64,000 nt of DNA, taken from Macrostomum lignano (taxonomy: Eukaryota). This document shows, piece by piece, positions 1-11,577 of this stretch. A model generated the notes under the pieces. The model saw only the letters and a list, made by a program, of their open reading frames with translations. It was not told the DNA's origin and ran no database searches. The stretch lies in contig NIVC01003237.1 of the NCBI GenBank assembly GCA_002269645.1, forward strand, positions 1-64,000, read 5' to 3'. How positions within the stretch are numbered: the first letter of the stretch is position 1; the number at the start of each line of letters is the position of its first letter. Position numbers and translations under genes: made by a program.

Positions 1-3000
1 AGCTTCGCAAAATGCCAACGCTGCGGCATTTTGTCAGCCTGGAAGCGCTACCTACCTGACACTGGCGATCCCAGCAAGCCGTACGATTATGGCAATTATG
101 AGAAGGAATTATGGGTATTCTGGCATGGCGGCCACGACCGCCTCAGCTGCGGGACAGTCTGGCGCACGATCTCACACCGTGGTCAGACAGCTCGGATGGC
201 GGCGGCATCAGCTACGAGGTTCGGACTATGCTATTCAAAGCAGTGCATAATTGCATCGAGCGCTGTTTAACTGGCAAAGGCTACGTTCGACTAGGCCAAT
301 GGTTTGTCCGGCCGCTGGTGCCCGGCCTCTGTTTGGATCCGGCTGTGACGCAACAGTTCAGCCTGGCTTTGAACTATTTCCTGCACGGCGAATCCGTCTG
401 CGCCGCTGTTGATGCTAAACTATATCCCCCTGTAAGCTAATTTAATACTCCTTTGCAGCAGTCTCGTTCTCGTTCTTTGCAGCAGCTTTTTACTAACCAA
501 CAATACCCCATTGAGATTTGTTAAATAGCAATTACCATTGAGATTCATCTGATCATTAATCTTCTCTTGTGAAATTAGATTACAATCTTACCAGTTGAGT
601 TTTGATGCTTCAAAATAATCCTCACCGCTCGGTTTATAATATCCCCTTGTGAGATTTGTTAGCTCTGCTCACAATATCCCCTTGTGAGATTTGTTAGCTC
701 TGATCACAATATCCCCTTGTGAGATTTGTTAGCTCTGATCACAATATCCCCTTGTGAGATTTGTTAGCTCTGATCACAATATCCCCTTGTGAGATTTGTT
801 AGCTCAGCTCACAATATCCCCTTGGGAGATTTGTTAGCCCGTCTCACAATATCCCTTTGTGAGATTTGTTAGCTCTGCTCACAATATTCCCTTGTGAGAT
901 TCTATTTAATGCCTGTGTGCCCAATTGAATCAATCGCTTGTCTTAATTCAACCACAATACCCAACCATGAAAATGCAGGTACACAGCCTGACCAAGCAGC
1001 AGTGCCAGGCTCGCACTCCCGTCATTCTGTCTCCACACGGCATTGCTGGCGAACTCACTGGCCGAGAATGGGATTCACAAAATCAGATTGAATCCCTAGT
1101 CTGGCGCGAGTTCTTTCCTCACGTTCGCACCGATCGCGGCTTTGTTGAGGTGGCCGTCGGGCAGCAGCGCCTCTGGTACCCGGTGGATCTTCTGTTCGCC
1201 ACCCAGGCGCCGCTGCCGCCGGAGCCGCTATCCCAGATTGAGCTCAATCTGGCTGCCGAATCATCAGCAGATGCCTGTCTGCAACACCTGCTCGGCTGTC
1301 AGGGCTCGGATGCTAACGGCGTGCATCAGCAGCAGCAGCAGCAGCGCTGCACGTGTCGCAGGCGCACAAAGCCGCGCCCGGCACTGACCAGCGCCTATCA
1401 CAATCGTTTCTTTCAAGCCACCGAGCGGACTGTAGACCGAGAACCGGCTATGCCGACGCTTAGCCCGCAGGAGCCACTCAGCGTTGAAGAAAGCGAAGCC
1501 GCAGCCGCCGCCGCCTCTGGGGCAGCCTCCATCCCAACGGCTGATGGCGTCGGGCAACAGCCGTCGTTAAAAGGCCTGCCAAAAAGTGAGCCAATCTCGC
1601 CGCCGGCCGCCGCGTCAGTTGAAGCAGCAAAGTCTCAGGGCGACGGCGTCGGACTGATGGACGACGAGTCGCAACAGCAGCAGACCCAGGCGGCCGCCGC
1701 TTCTGCGCTTGCCGAATCTTCGTCGAGTCGGCCAGCTTCGGTCAAGACGCCGCAGTCTCAGCCAACTGGCAGCGAGTCTCAGCCCGCTTCGGCCGCCGCC
1801 GCTGCAGCCGCCCCGACGCCGCCCCTGCCGCCTCCGCCTCCCCACCGCCGACATCCTCTGCCCAACAACAGCAGCAACAGCAGCCGCCACCGCTTCCCGC
1901 CTCCTCGATGCCTAACGGTCAAGCTAGCAGTGTTGCAGCCGACTCACTGTTGGAGCCTGGCCTCGGCTGGCTTTCCGTAGTGCAACAATCGCTGCGCAAG
2001 CGGCTGCTACCGCAGCTGGAGCCTTGGGAAGCCGATCTGAACGATTCTGGGCACGACGTTGTTAGCGAACTGCCCGAATGGACATCGCTGGCTGCATACG
2101 CTAAGCACGCTCGGCTCCTGCTACCAGCTCGCGGCATTTTGAACGGTCCCGCTAGCAGTGCTAATGCGACTGCCGCTGGCTCCGTAGGCGGTAGCGGCGC
2201 TGCCAGCGGCGTCGCTTTACCTATTGACGATTCGGCTTCGCCTTCGGGCATTGGTTCCCTAGTCGGCCTGAGAAGTTCGCCTAGTAAAGCCGGTTTGTCA
2301 GCCGACTCTAAGTCAAGTAAGCTTTTCATCATTGTATAATTTTTCTATTATTTGATTTATTCTCTTTATACCCTTATCCGACCTCTAGTTCGATTTGCTA
2401 TTTTCAATATATCGAAGCAATCATCCCAAAAATTTCAGCCGCCGTGTCTCTGAAGAGCGAAGACATACTTAAAGTAGAGAATCTGCAGATGCAAAGCATT
2501 TTTGAAGTTGAATCGCCAGAGCCCGTGAGTTGGTGGCTGTTTTTCTTATTTATTACCTTCTGTAGCCCAATCATTTTTGTTGCTCTTTAAATATTTTAAA
2601 AGACTTGGCAACCAAGAAGCAACAACCCTATGGAAAATCGCCTCCACACCACTACACCCAATGGAAAATCGCCTCCACACCACAACACCCTATGGAAAAT
2701 CGCCTCCACACCACTACACCCAATGGAAAATCGCCTCCATGCCACTACACCCAATGGAAAATCGCCTCCACACCACTACACCCAATGGAAAATCGCCTCC
2801 ACACCACTACACCCAATGGAAAATCGCCTCCATGCCACTACACCCAATGGAAAATCGCCTCCACACCACTACACCCAATGGAAAATCGCCTCCACACCAC
2901 TACACCCAATGGAAAATCGCCTCCATGCCACTACACCCTATGGAAAATCGCCTCCACACCACTACACCCACCCTATGGAAAATCGCCTCCACACCACTAC

Positions 3001-6000
3001 ACCCTATGGAAAATTGCCTCCATGCCACTACACCCTATGGAAAATCGCCTCCACACCACTACACCCACCCTATGGAAAATTGCCTCCATGCCACTACACC
3101 CTATGGAAAATCGCCTCCATGGCACAACACCCTATGGAAAATCGCCTCCACACTCGCACCCGCAACGCTTTGCAGTTGGACAACGCAAACGCCGCTTGCG
3201 AAGGGCCCGGCTTACACGGCAATCCGTCCAGCAGCGGATGCGTCATCGGTGGCACCTCCATGGCCTCCTGCGGCGGCTCCGGCACGCTGCCCGCCTCAGA
3301 CCTGTGTCGGATCTACCCGACCCCGCCCTCTCTAGAGAATCACATTCACCCGTCACCTGCGCCGGAAACCGACCAGGCCAATATGCTCAGTCCTGCCGCT
3401 GCGGCCGCTGGACACCACCACCACCATCATCACGCCTCGGCCGACTGCGGATCTGGCCCCGATCTAGCTAACGACGACGATTGGAGCTTCTTGACCTCGC
3501 AGCGTCATCAGGGCGGCAGTCTGGGCCAATTATTTACTGCCCAGAATCCTCCGATGCCTCATCTATCGATTGTGTACGTACCGGAGCTGCCACAGACGCA
3601 TCGGCCGCATCGGGCTGCTGCGGCAGCTGCTGGCCACGCAGGCGGTGGGCACTACGGCATTGGCCAGCAGATTGCTGCAACACCTTCGTCGGCCTCTGTC
3701 ACCGCTGTCGGACACATGCCGGCCGGAACGCCGGTCACGCCCGGCTCATTCGCCGCGGTGGCAACGCCGGCCAGTGTCCGGACGCCCGGACAGGCGGGCA
3801 CGCCGTGCGGTTCGATTGTTGGCGAACAGCTGGACCAGTCTCAGCTGTCCACAGGGCATCAGTCTATTCAGGCGTCTCAGGCGCAACCGGTTGAAGCGCT
3901 GAGATTAAATTTGTTGCTATCTGACTCACTGCTTTGTCTGTGCCGAGATCAGGTACTTTCTTAGATTTTTGGGTTGTTATCATGCTTGGTTCAAATCTAA
4001 ACTGGCTCTACTCTACGGCAATTGCATTCCAGTATCCTCGATTAGCCACCACCCTTCCAAACCCTCAGCTGTTGAGCCACACTCCCATATCCTCAGTTGC
4101 TGGGCCAGCCTGTCAGATCCTCAGTTGCTGGGCCAGCCTCCCAGATGCTCAGTTGCTCGGCCAGCCTCCGATATATTCAGTTGCTGGGCCAGCCTCCCAG
4201 ATGCTCAGTTGCTGGGCCGGCCTCCCAGATCCTCAGTTGCTGGGCGACCCTCCCAGATGCTCAGTTGCAGGGCCAGTCTCCCAGATCCTAAGTTGCTGGG
4301 CCAGCCTCCCAGATCCTCAGTTGCTGGCCAGTCTTCCAGATGCTCAGTTGCTGGGCCAGTCTCCCAGATACTCAGTTGCTGGGCCAGTCTCCCAGATCCT
4401 CAGACTGAGCCATCACCCTAGAAAATATCCAGAAAAGACCTTGTCTAATCTCTCAGCGCCTTATACCTTCAATTAGCCGACTCGCCACTGCAAGCCAATA
4501 TTCACATCACTTACATAGCAATTCTTCCCCGCGCAATCCCCAGAACTTCGAGGCCTGCAACATCTGCGTGTGCCACGGCGACCTGACAGGCTCCGAGGCG
4601 GGCCTTTACATGCCCGGCCTGTTGGACCGGCGGCCTTCGCCTTGCCAGTGCGGCTTCTCAGCCAGCGCCAACCGGGCCCTTGGCCTCGGCTCCAACATCT
4701 TCTATGAGGATCTGTGCGACCTACTGGGCGATAGACGACGCCTGGATTATCGGCCCTGGCCGTCAACTTATTCGCCGGCTGTGATTGACAGTCTGCTGAA
4801 CTTTGTCTCTCTCACCATTCCGCTCAGGCAGTTCCGATCTCCTCCAGCTCAGCAGCAACAATCGCAGTCAGACGCAACCAACTCCGCCGTTGCAGTTGTC
4901 GCTGGCGCCGCTGCAGCCGCGGGCGCCGCAACTGCTGATCCCGCTGCTAGCAGCAGCCTGCATCCCGGTCATCTCGCTCAGTTTGAAGATTGCAACGAAG
5001 CGGCTAAATTAGTGCTACAGGTAGCCAGCTTGATCCTGATAGCCAGAATCACACTATGTGTACAGTGAGGGGGGGGTAATTTTCTCATCATCAGGAAACA
5101 TTCAGCGCCTGTCCTGGGGGGGGGGTTGTGGGATTCGCAACTTCAAGGTCAGGGGTTCGATTCTCGACCCACTGGGAACAATTTGTGTCCTTGAGCAAGA
5201 CAGCTGCAAAATGGGTGCCAGCATTAGCTGGGGTAATTGAGGGTGTACATGGCGACCCCCAGTCCTTGGACTGAACAGCCGTACGCAGCCTTCAGATGCG
5301 CCGCGCAATAGCTGCGGCTGAGCTGTCGGTTGCACACCTGCCCATTAGGGCAAGTGTAATCAATTATTATTATTATAAGCTATATAATAGATTGCCTACT
5401 GACAAGTAGCAAATAAAGATTGTGAAGTGAATTTCTTATAGTGTGTGCAAAAAGACTTCAACCATGTCTACATTTGGGGTGCTAGCTCAGCGTTTAATAA
5501 CCAGCTGGTCTCATCGTGGGATTACAAGCTCACAGGGTTGCCTCTCATGAGTACTACAATGAATCGAGCATTCATCTTGAGTACTTAACCTGTATTAAGA
5601 GTACCTTGTTCAGGCCCATCGCGGAACAATTTTGTTGCTAGGCCGACTGGAGGGGAAGGATGGGAAAGAGTCCCAGATCCATCAGTCCTCCCTTCGAATT
5701 TCAGTTAAACAAGCATAAACGAGACAATCTAATAAGCCAGGGAATCTTTAATAACCCACCTTTAAACAATCTAATCCGCAGGCGTGTACGCAGGGACTGC
5801 ATCAGCCGCAGCAGCAGCAGCAGCCATTTTCACTGGCTGAACAGCCAACCCTGCTGCACCGATGGAGCTTAACTGGCCAGCTGCCCACGGCTGGCTCGGA
5901 TTTGGTCCGATTATTAAAAAGCCTCAGACCCTGGTTCCAAGACTCGCTATGGGGCAAAGCGTTGCAAGGCAATTATTGGGTAACTGGCCCAATGACCTGG

Positions 6001-8319
6001 CAAGAGTTTCATCAGTTTGCTAGGCGAGGCTCCGAGGAGAGCTGCGAGCCGCAGCCTTTGCCATTAATATCTGTCTATACTGACCGAGACGAGGGCATGC
6101 TGATTGCGCCGACCGCTGTGCGCGACTGGGAGCGTCTCGGCTTGGAGCCCTATAGCCGGCCAAAGAAACTGCAGTTTGTAGTGCTGGCGCCAGTCCAGGC
6201 TAGCCGGGTATTGAAGAAAGCGGTCCGGCGTACAATGAGCGAACTGACTGTAGCATTCGCCGATTGCAAACTAGGCGAGCACAGTCCCGTTGCTTTATCG
6301 ACTGATGGCGATTTCTTTTTAGATACCGGCCGATTAGAGTCCACAGAATTGCCGCCTAATTGCGTGGTTTATATGCTGGTTCGTGGCCAAACTGAGGCTT
6401 GCCAACTGCGCGACACAGTGGCCAAACTGACTGGCGGAGCTGTCCCCGTGCCGCTGTCCACCAGACTGTTGCTGGCTCCGGCCAAGGGCGATTTGCGTGC
6501 TTTGGCTCTGCGTGTTTACACTCAGGTGAGCCTGCTAGGTCATCTAGCATCTGTTGGCATTATCTAGCCTCCACGGAGATTATCTGATCTCTACTGACAT
6601 GATCTAGTCTCTATTGTCATGATCTAGTCTCTATTGGCATGATCTAGTTCCTACTGACATGATCTAAGCCTTACTGTCATGATCTAGTCCCTACTGTCAT
6701 GATCTAGTCTCTAATGGCATGATCTAGTCCCTACTGTCATGATCTAGTCTCTAATGGCATGATTTAGTTCCTACTGATACTGACATGATCTAGTATCTAA
6801 TGGCATGATCTAGTCTATTGACATGATCTAGTCCCTACTGACATGATCTAGTCCCTACGGACATGATCTAGTCTCTAATGGCATGATCTAGTTCCTACTG
6901 ACATGATCTATTCTCTAATGGCATGATATAGTCCCTACTGTCATGATCTAGTCTCTAATGGCATGATTTAGTTCCTACTGATACTGACATGATCTAGTAT
7001 CTAATGGCATGATCTAGTCTCTATTGACATGATCTAGTCCCTACTGACATCATCTAGTCCCAGTCCCTACTGACATACGCTACTTATCCTATCCCAACAA
7101 AACTACCCCTCCCCAGGTGCCGAAGCGAGTGCCTTATCCCACGGACGGTCGCTCGCTGTGCGGCTTCGGGCCGCTGAAAGATCGCGAGAGCTGCCAGCGC
7201 GAGCTGGGCATGACCGGCCCCGTGTCTCTGTTCGCTCCGCCCTACGTGCTGCATGCAAGCTCCGATGAACCGGTGCTATTGTGCGCCTACTGCCTATCCG
7301 AGGACAGGCGCTGGCTGCTTGCCACCCTAACAGACGAGCGGGGCGAATTAAATTATCGCCGATTAATTAATCTACGCGTGCCCGACTGTCATCGGCGTAG
7401 GAAAGCATCAACTAGACAGCTGGGACCCGAACGCCTGCTAGAGTGGATCTGCGACCTGCCAGAGACCAGAGCTCAACGCTGGCGGCTTGTGCTCAGCCGG
7501 CTGGGCCGTCTAGGCCACGGCGAACTGCTAGTGTGGGCCGACCTGCTCAAACGGGCCAGCCTGCAGCAGCGCGGCGCCCGCTCGGCCGCTCTATGCGCAG
7601 TCGACGCCGATCCCCATCTGCGCGTCCTGCCCGACCAGCTCAGCCGGGAAGGTCCGCAACGCGGTCCGCCCAGCGTCGGCGCCGACCGGCGTGTCAGCAG
7701 CGCTATCACGCACATCCTTGTGCTGCCAACTTCGGCCAGTTTTAGTCAGGCTAATCCGGCCGACTTTCTGGGCGGCAGTCTGGGCGAGCCGGACCTCATG
7801 AACGAATTATTAGGCGATCCCGGCGTTCTAGGCGGCGATACTGGCAACGATTTGTTCAACGATTTGGATTTGAATTTCGATATTCAACTGCCAGATATTG
7901 AGGAGCCGGTTGTTGGGCCGCAGGGCGGCGACGGGTCCGGCCAGTTGATGCAGCAGCCGCTGGCTCTTGGCTACTACCTGTCCAGCGCTCCGCCTGGCCC
8001 TGTGCCAGCCTGGTTCCGGGTGGCTCCACCTGAGCAGGCCGCAGTCTGCCTGCGCGCCAGCCTGCACCTCAACCAGCTGGCTTCTTGCGATCGAGCGCCG
8101 CTGTCGGCCGCTTGCGATCGCTCGCCAACGCATCCGTTGAACACCTACAAGACTACTGAGGTGCTGCGCTACGTGCTGGAGACCTGCCACAGTCTCAGCT
8201 GGCTTAGCGTTGATCCGGCCACTGGCGATCGGGTCTCCTGTCTGCCTAGGCACATCAACCAGCTATTCCTGCTGTACCATTCTGTGCACGCCGTTAGCGC
8301 TAGCTGCCAGACGTCCTGA
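1..8319 (+). CDS. MED13: Mediator complex subunit 13 (5'-partial; 7 exons; two apparent 1-nt frameshifts)
   Basis: Exons join(<1..431,979..2316,2439..2524,3176..3952,4544..5020,5782..6525,7117..8319), all introns GT-AG and phase-compatible. Recognisable MED13 motifs: KELWVFW, SYEVRTMLFKAVHNCIERCL, PVILSPHGIAGELTG, DLCRIYPTPPSLE, NFEACNICVC, GPMTWQEFH, RSLCGFGP, WRLVLSRLGRLGHGEL, DPATGDRVSCLPRH. Needs +1 nt near 138 and near 1842 to stay in frame; spliced length is then 1686 codons. Confidence 0.95.
638..905. repeat. 35-bp minisatellite in MED13 intron 1 (AATATCCCCTTGTGAGATTTGTTAGCTCTGATCAC), ~8 units plus degenerate units back to ~500
   Basis: Direct reading; period 35 (units at 638, 673, ...). 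Confidence 0.95.
2625..3152. repeat. 31-bp minisatellite in MED13 intron 3 (CCCAATGGAAAATCGCCTCCACACCACTACA)
   Basis: Direct reading; explains the repetitive N-terminal parts of ORFs 2577, 2605 and 2630. Confidence 0.95.
4062..4410. repeat. 28-bp minisatellite in MED13 intron 4 (CTCAGTTGCTGGGCCAGCCTCCCAGATC)
   Basis: Direct reading. Confidence 0.93.
5130..5382 (+). mobile_element. tRNA-head SINE, family A, copy 1 (MED13 intron 5)
   Basis: B-box GGTTCGATTC at 5154-5163, core TGTGTCCTTGAGCAAGAC, body GCCAGCATTAGCTGGGGTAATTG...GGCGACCCCCAGTC shared with 17580-17815, (ATT)n tail near 5365-5378. Confidence 0.8.
6575..7075. repeat. 20-bp minisatellite in MED13 intron 6 (CATGATCTAGTCCCTACTGA)
   Basis: Direct reading. 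Confidence 0.93.
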
Positions 8320-8610
8320 TCGCCCAAGCCAGTAGTAATAGCCATGCGGAAGTGTATTTATTTGAAAAAAATTAACCTGTCCCTCTGTTTGCTCGTTTGT
8401 TTGTTTGTACTTCTAGTAAGCGCGGTTTTTTAAAAAGCACAAAGATTAACTGAAATTTACCGGTATTATCAAAAAGCTCTGCTGTTTGTACATGTAATTA
8501 TTGTTGCCAGCTATTATCTTTTTTGTGTACATTTTATTGCATGTAGTTATTGTCTTTTGTCTGAGTGCTAATGACATCTGATGGCTTTGGAATGCTGATT
8601 TGCACTGATC

Positions 8611-8911
8611 AGGTGAGAATTGAGAATCGCTAGTCCCATCAGGTGAGATTTGAGAATCGCTAATCCCATCAGGTGAGATTTGAGAATCGCTAATCCCATC
8701 AGGTGAGATTGGAGAATTTCTATCCCATCAGGTGAGATCGGAGAATTTCTAATCCCATCAGGTGAGATTGGAGAATTGCTAATCCCATCAGGTGAGATTG
8801 GAGAATCGCTAATCCCATCAGGTAAGATTGGAGAATCGCTAATCCCATCAGGTAAGATTGGAGAATCGCTAATCCCATCAGGTGAGAGTTAAGAGTCACT
8901 AATCCCGTCAG
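8611..8911 (+). repeat. 30-bp minisatellite, 10 units, each reading GTRAG...CTAAT...CAG, downstream of MED13 stop
   Basis: AG|GT junctions at 8611, 8641, 8671, 8701, 8730, 8760, 8790, 8820, 8850, 8880; final CAG ends at 8911. Confidence 0.95.
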
Positions 8912-8984
8912 CATGTGCAACTATGCCTGAGTAAAATGTTGTGATTGCTGTATTATAAAAGTTGTAAACTAATTGTAGATGTGT

Positions 8985-8990
8985 AATAAA
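8985..8990 (+). promoter_or_regulatory. Candidate MED13 polyadenylation signal AATAAA
   Basis: Canonical hexamer at the end of a U-rich region ~670 nt after the stop codon; not verified by transcript data. Confidence 0.35.
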
Positions 8991-9956
8991 ATCAATTAAT
9001 GCACTTTATATCAAGTAATATTTAAGCGTCCAAGTTAATTTGAGCCGTTGTATTGTACCGTAAATATTATATTGCTAATTTCTACTCTTGTTATAATGAT
9101 TAGTTTTTATTCCATTGGAAGTGTTTTTGCAACTCCAAATGCCGAAAATTTGCCTGTCTAAAGTTTCTAACATATTGCAATTACTAAGTACATCAATCGC
9201 TTTGACAAATATGTACTTTAGCTGTAATTTGCACACATTCGATCGATCCGGCGTGCCCCTCCCTTCCCCGTGTATTGTAAGCTAGGCTAACCTTTGTTTT
9301 AATGATTGAACTGAATTTTTTACTTTATAAAGTATTTGTCATAGATATTACTATTAAGTAGTTGAATCCGACCGTTTCTCATTCATAAAATCGTTCTGCT
9401 GCAGCTTATCTGTCGGCCACTCATCGATCTGTACAACGCGTTGCTGTATTAATTGAATTTATCTGAAAATGCCAGCCTACTAACTAACGGTATTGTGTTT
9501 AAGTGTCTGTTTCAATTAATTTTATATTATATTGATTGGTATGAATGGCGTTTCTTTATTAGTCAACGCATTGTGAAATTCATATTTTCGTATCAGACCT
9601 CCGCACCTTTCACTTGTGTAACTCCTCTACCATTGGTGGCAGCTCGTCCAGTGCGTTTTAAAGTATAGCACGTATGTGTCCTATTCATTAAATCCTAACG
9701 ATCCACAACTGACTGAGATCTCACATTGTGTTCGCGATGTGTCCCCTTCTTCCCTGTTCTCCCCGTTCGTTAATTCTCTATTTGTCAATAAAGAACACCC
9801 TGTCTACTGAGGAATAAAGATTTTCAAAAAATTTATGCAATCCTCGCTTTCCCTGTCACACATGGAAAAGCATAAAATAATAACTGAAAATTGTTGCGCT
9901 TGCGTGCGTTTTAGTTATTTTAATTTGACAGTACGGCACGGGCTGGTCTGCCGAAA

Positions 9957-11040
9957 TTCCTACTGGTATAATTAGTCTATGGTTATTGCTACTGGTTTAA
10001 TTAGTCTATGGTTATTGCTACTGGTATAATTAGTCTAAGATTATTCCTACTGGTTTAATTAGTCTATGGTTATTGCTACTGGTATAATTAGTCTAAGATT
10101 ATTCCTACTGGTTTAATTAGTCTATGGTTATTGCTACTGGTATAATTAGTCTAAGATTATTCCTACTGGTTTAATTAGTCTATGGTAATTCCTACTGGTA
10201 TAATTAGTCTAAGATTATTCCTAATGGTTTAATTAGTCTATGGTTATTCCTACTGGTTTAAATAGTCTATGGTTATTGCTACTGGTATAATTAGTCTAAG
10301 ATTATTCCTACTGGTTTAATTAGTCTATGGTTATTGCTACTGGTATAATTAGTCTAAGATTATTCCTACTGGTTTAATTAGTCTATGGTTATTCCTACTG
10401 GTTTAATTAGTCTATGGTAATTCCTACTGGTATAATTAGTCTAAGATTATTCCTAATGGTTTAATTAGTCTATGGTTATTCCTACTGGTATAATTAGTCT
10501 ATGGTTATTCCTACTGTTTTAATTAGTCTAAGATTATTCCTAATGGTTTAATTAGTCTATGGTTATTCCTAATGGTTTAATTAGTCTAAGGTTATTCCTA
10601 CTGGTATAATTAGTCTAAGGTTATTCCTACTGGTTTAATTAGTCTATGTTATTCCTACTGGTTTAATTAGTCTATGGTTATTCCTACTGGTTTAATTAGT
10701 CTATGGTTATTCCTACTGGTTTAATTAGTCTAAGATTATTCCTACTGGTTTAATTAGTCTATGGTTATTCCTACTGGTTTAATTAGTCTAAGATTATTCC
10801 TACTGGTTTAATTAGTCTAAGGTTATTCCTACTGGTTTAATTAGTCTATGGTTATTCCTAATGATTTAATTAGTCTATGGTTATTCCTAATGGTTTAATT
10901 AGTCTATGGTTATTCCTAATGGTTTAATTAGTCTATGGTTATTCCTACTGGTATAATTAGTCTAAGGTTATTCCTACTGGTATAATTAGTCTATGGTTAT
11001 TCCTACTGGTTTAATTAGTCTATGGTTATTCCTAATATTT
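9957..11040. repeat. 29-bp AT-rich minisatellite (TTCCTACTGGTTTAATTAGTCTATGGTTA), ~37 units, intergenic
   Basis: Direct reading. Confidence 0.95.
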
Positions 11041-11408
11041 TAATTATTCTGTCTTGGGGTATTTCCAGTGGTTTACTTAGTCCGTGGGTATTCCACTGAT
11101 TACTTAGTTAGTTAGTGATTAATTACTTTGCAAACCTTTCGTCTTTGTTACATAATGGAAGTAGATAATGTCTAGTTCCGTATGTGGTTTGGAGATTGCC
11201 CAGATGCTTCAGGCAAGGTTACTTCCTCATATTCAATTCGGAATTATTGACTTTTGTAAATAAAAGTCTATTTAATTGGCTGACGGTCTTAACTGGTAGT
11301 TTGCTGTCGAAAACTTTAGCTTCTCTGGCAGAAAAAACCAGACTTTTACTTATATTTCTACTTAAAGTAGCAAAAATCTAAATCAACCGTTTTACGCGAG
11401 TAGGCAAG

Positions 11409-11495
11409 GTCACGTGATAGCTGGGGCCAATAGCAGCAAAGTCAAGGCACTGCAGGTCATCGCATGCAGAGGGGTTTTGAATACGGCTATATAAA
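11409..11495 (+). promoter_or_regulatory. Candidate core promoter of the MARCH gene: E-box/CLEAR-like GTCACGTGAT, CCAAT box, TATA box
   Basis: GTCACGTGAT 11409-11418, GGCCAAT near 11425, TATATAAA 11488-11495, ~85 nt upstream of the ATG at 11578. Confidence 0.5.
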
Positions 11496-11577
11496 TTGGG
11501 TTAATGGTGAACTCTTATCTCAGACGTGACTAAATTGTAATTAAAATTCGCTATCGCTATCCGCCAACACTGATAAT

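Noticed and set aside
2577-3175. Repetitive ORF starts (MENRLH..., WKIAS...) as MED13 coding sequence
   Set aside because: 31-bp intronic array; the phase-compatible acceptor is at 3175 and a small real exon (2439-2524) precedes it.
3953-7116. MED13 introns 4 and 6 are both exactly 591 nt
   Set aside because: Unrelated sequences and repeat units; coincidence is the simplest explanation.
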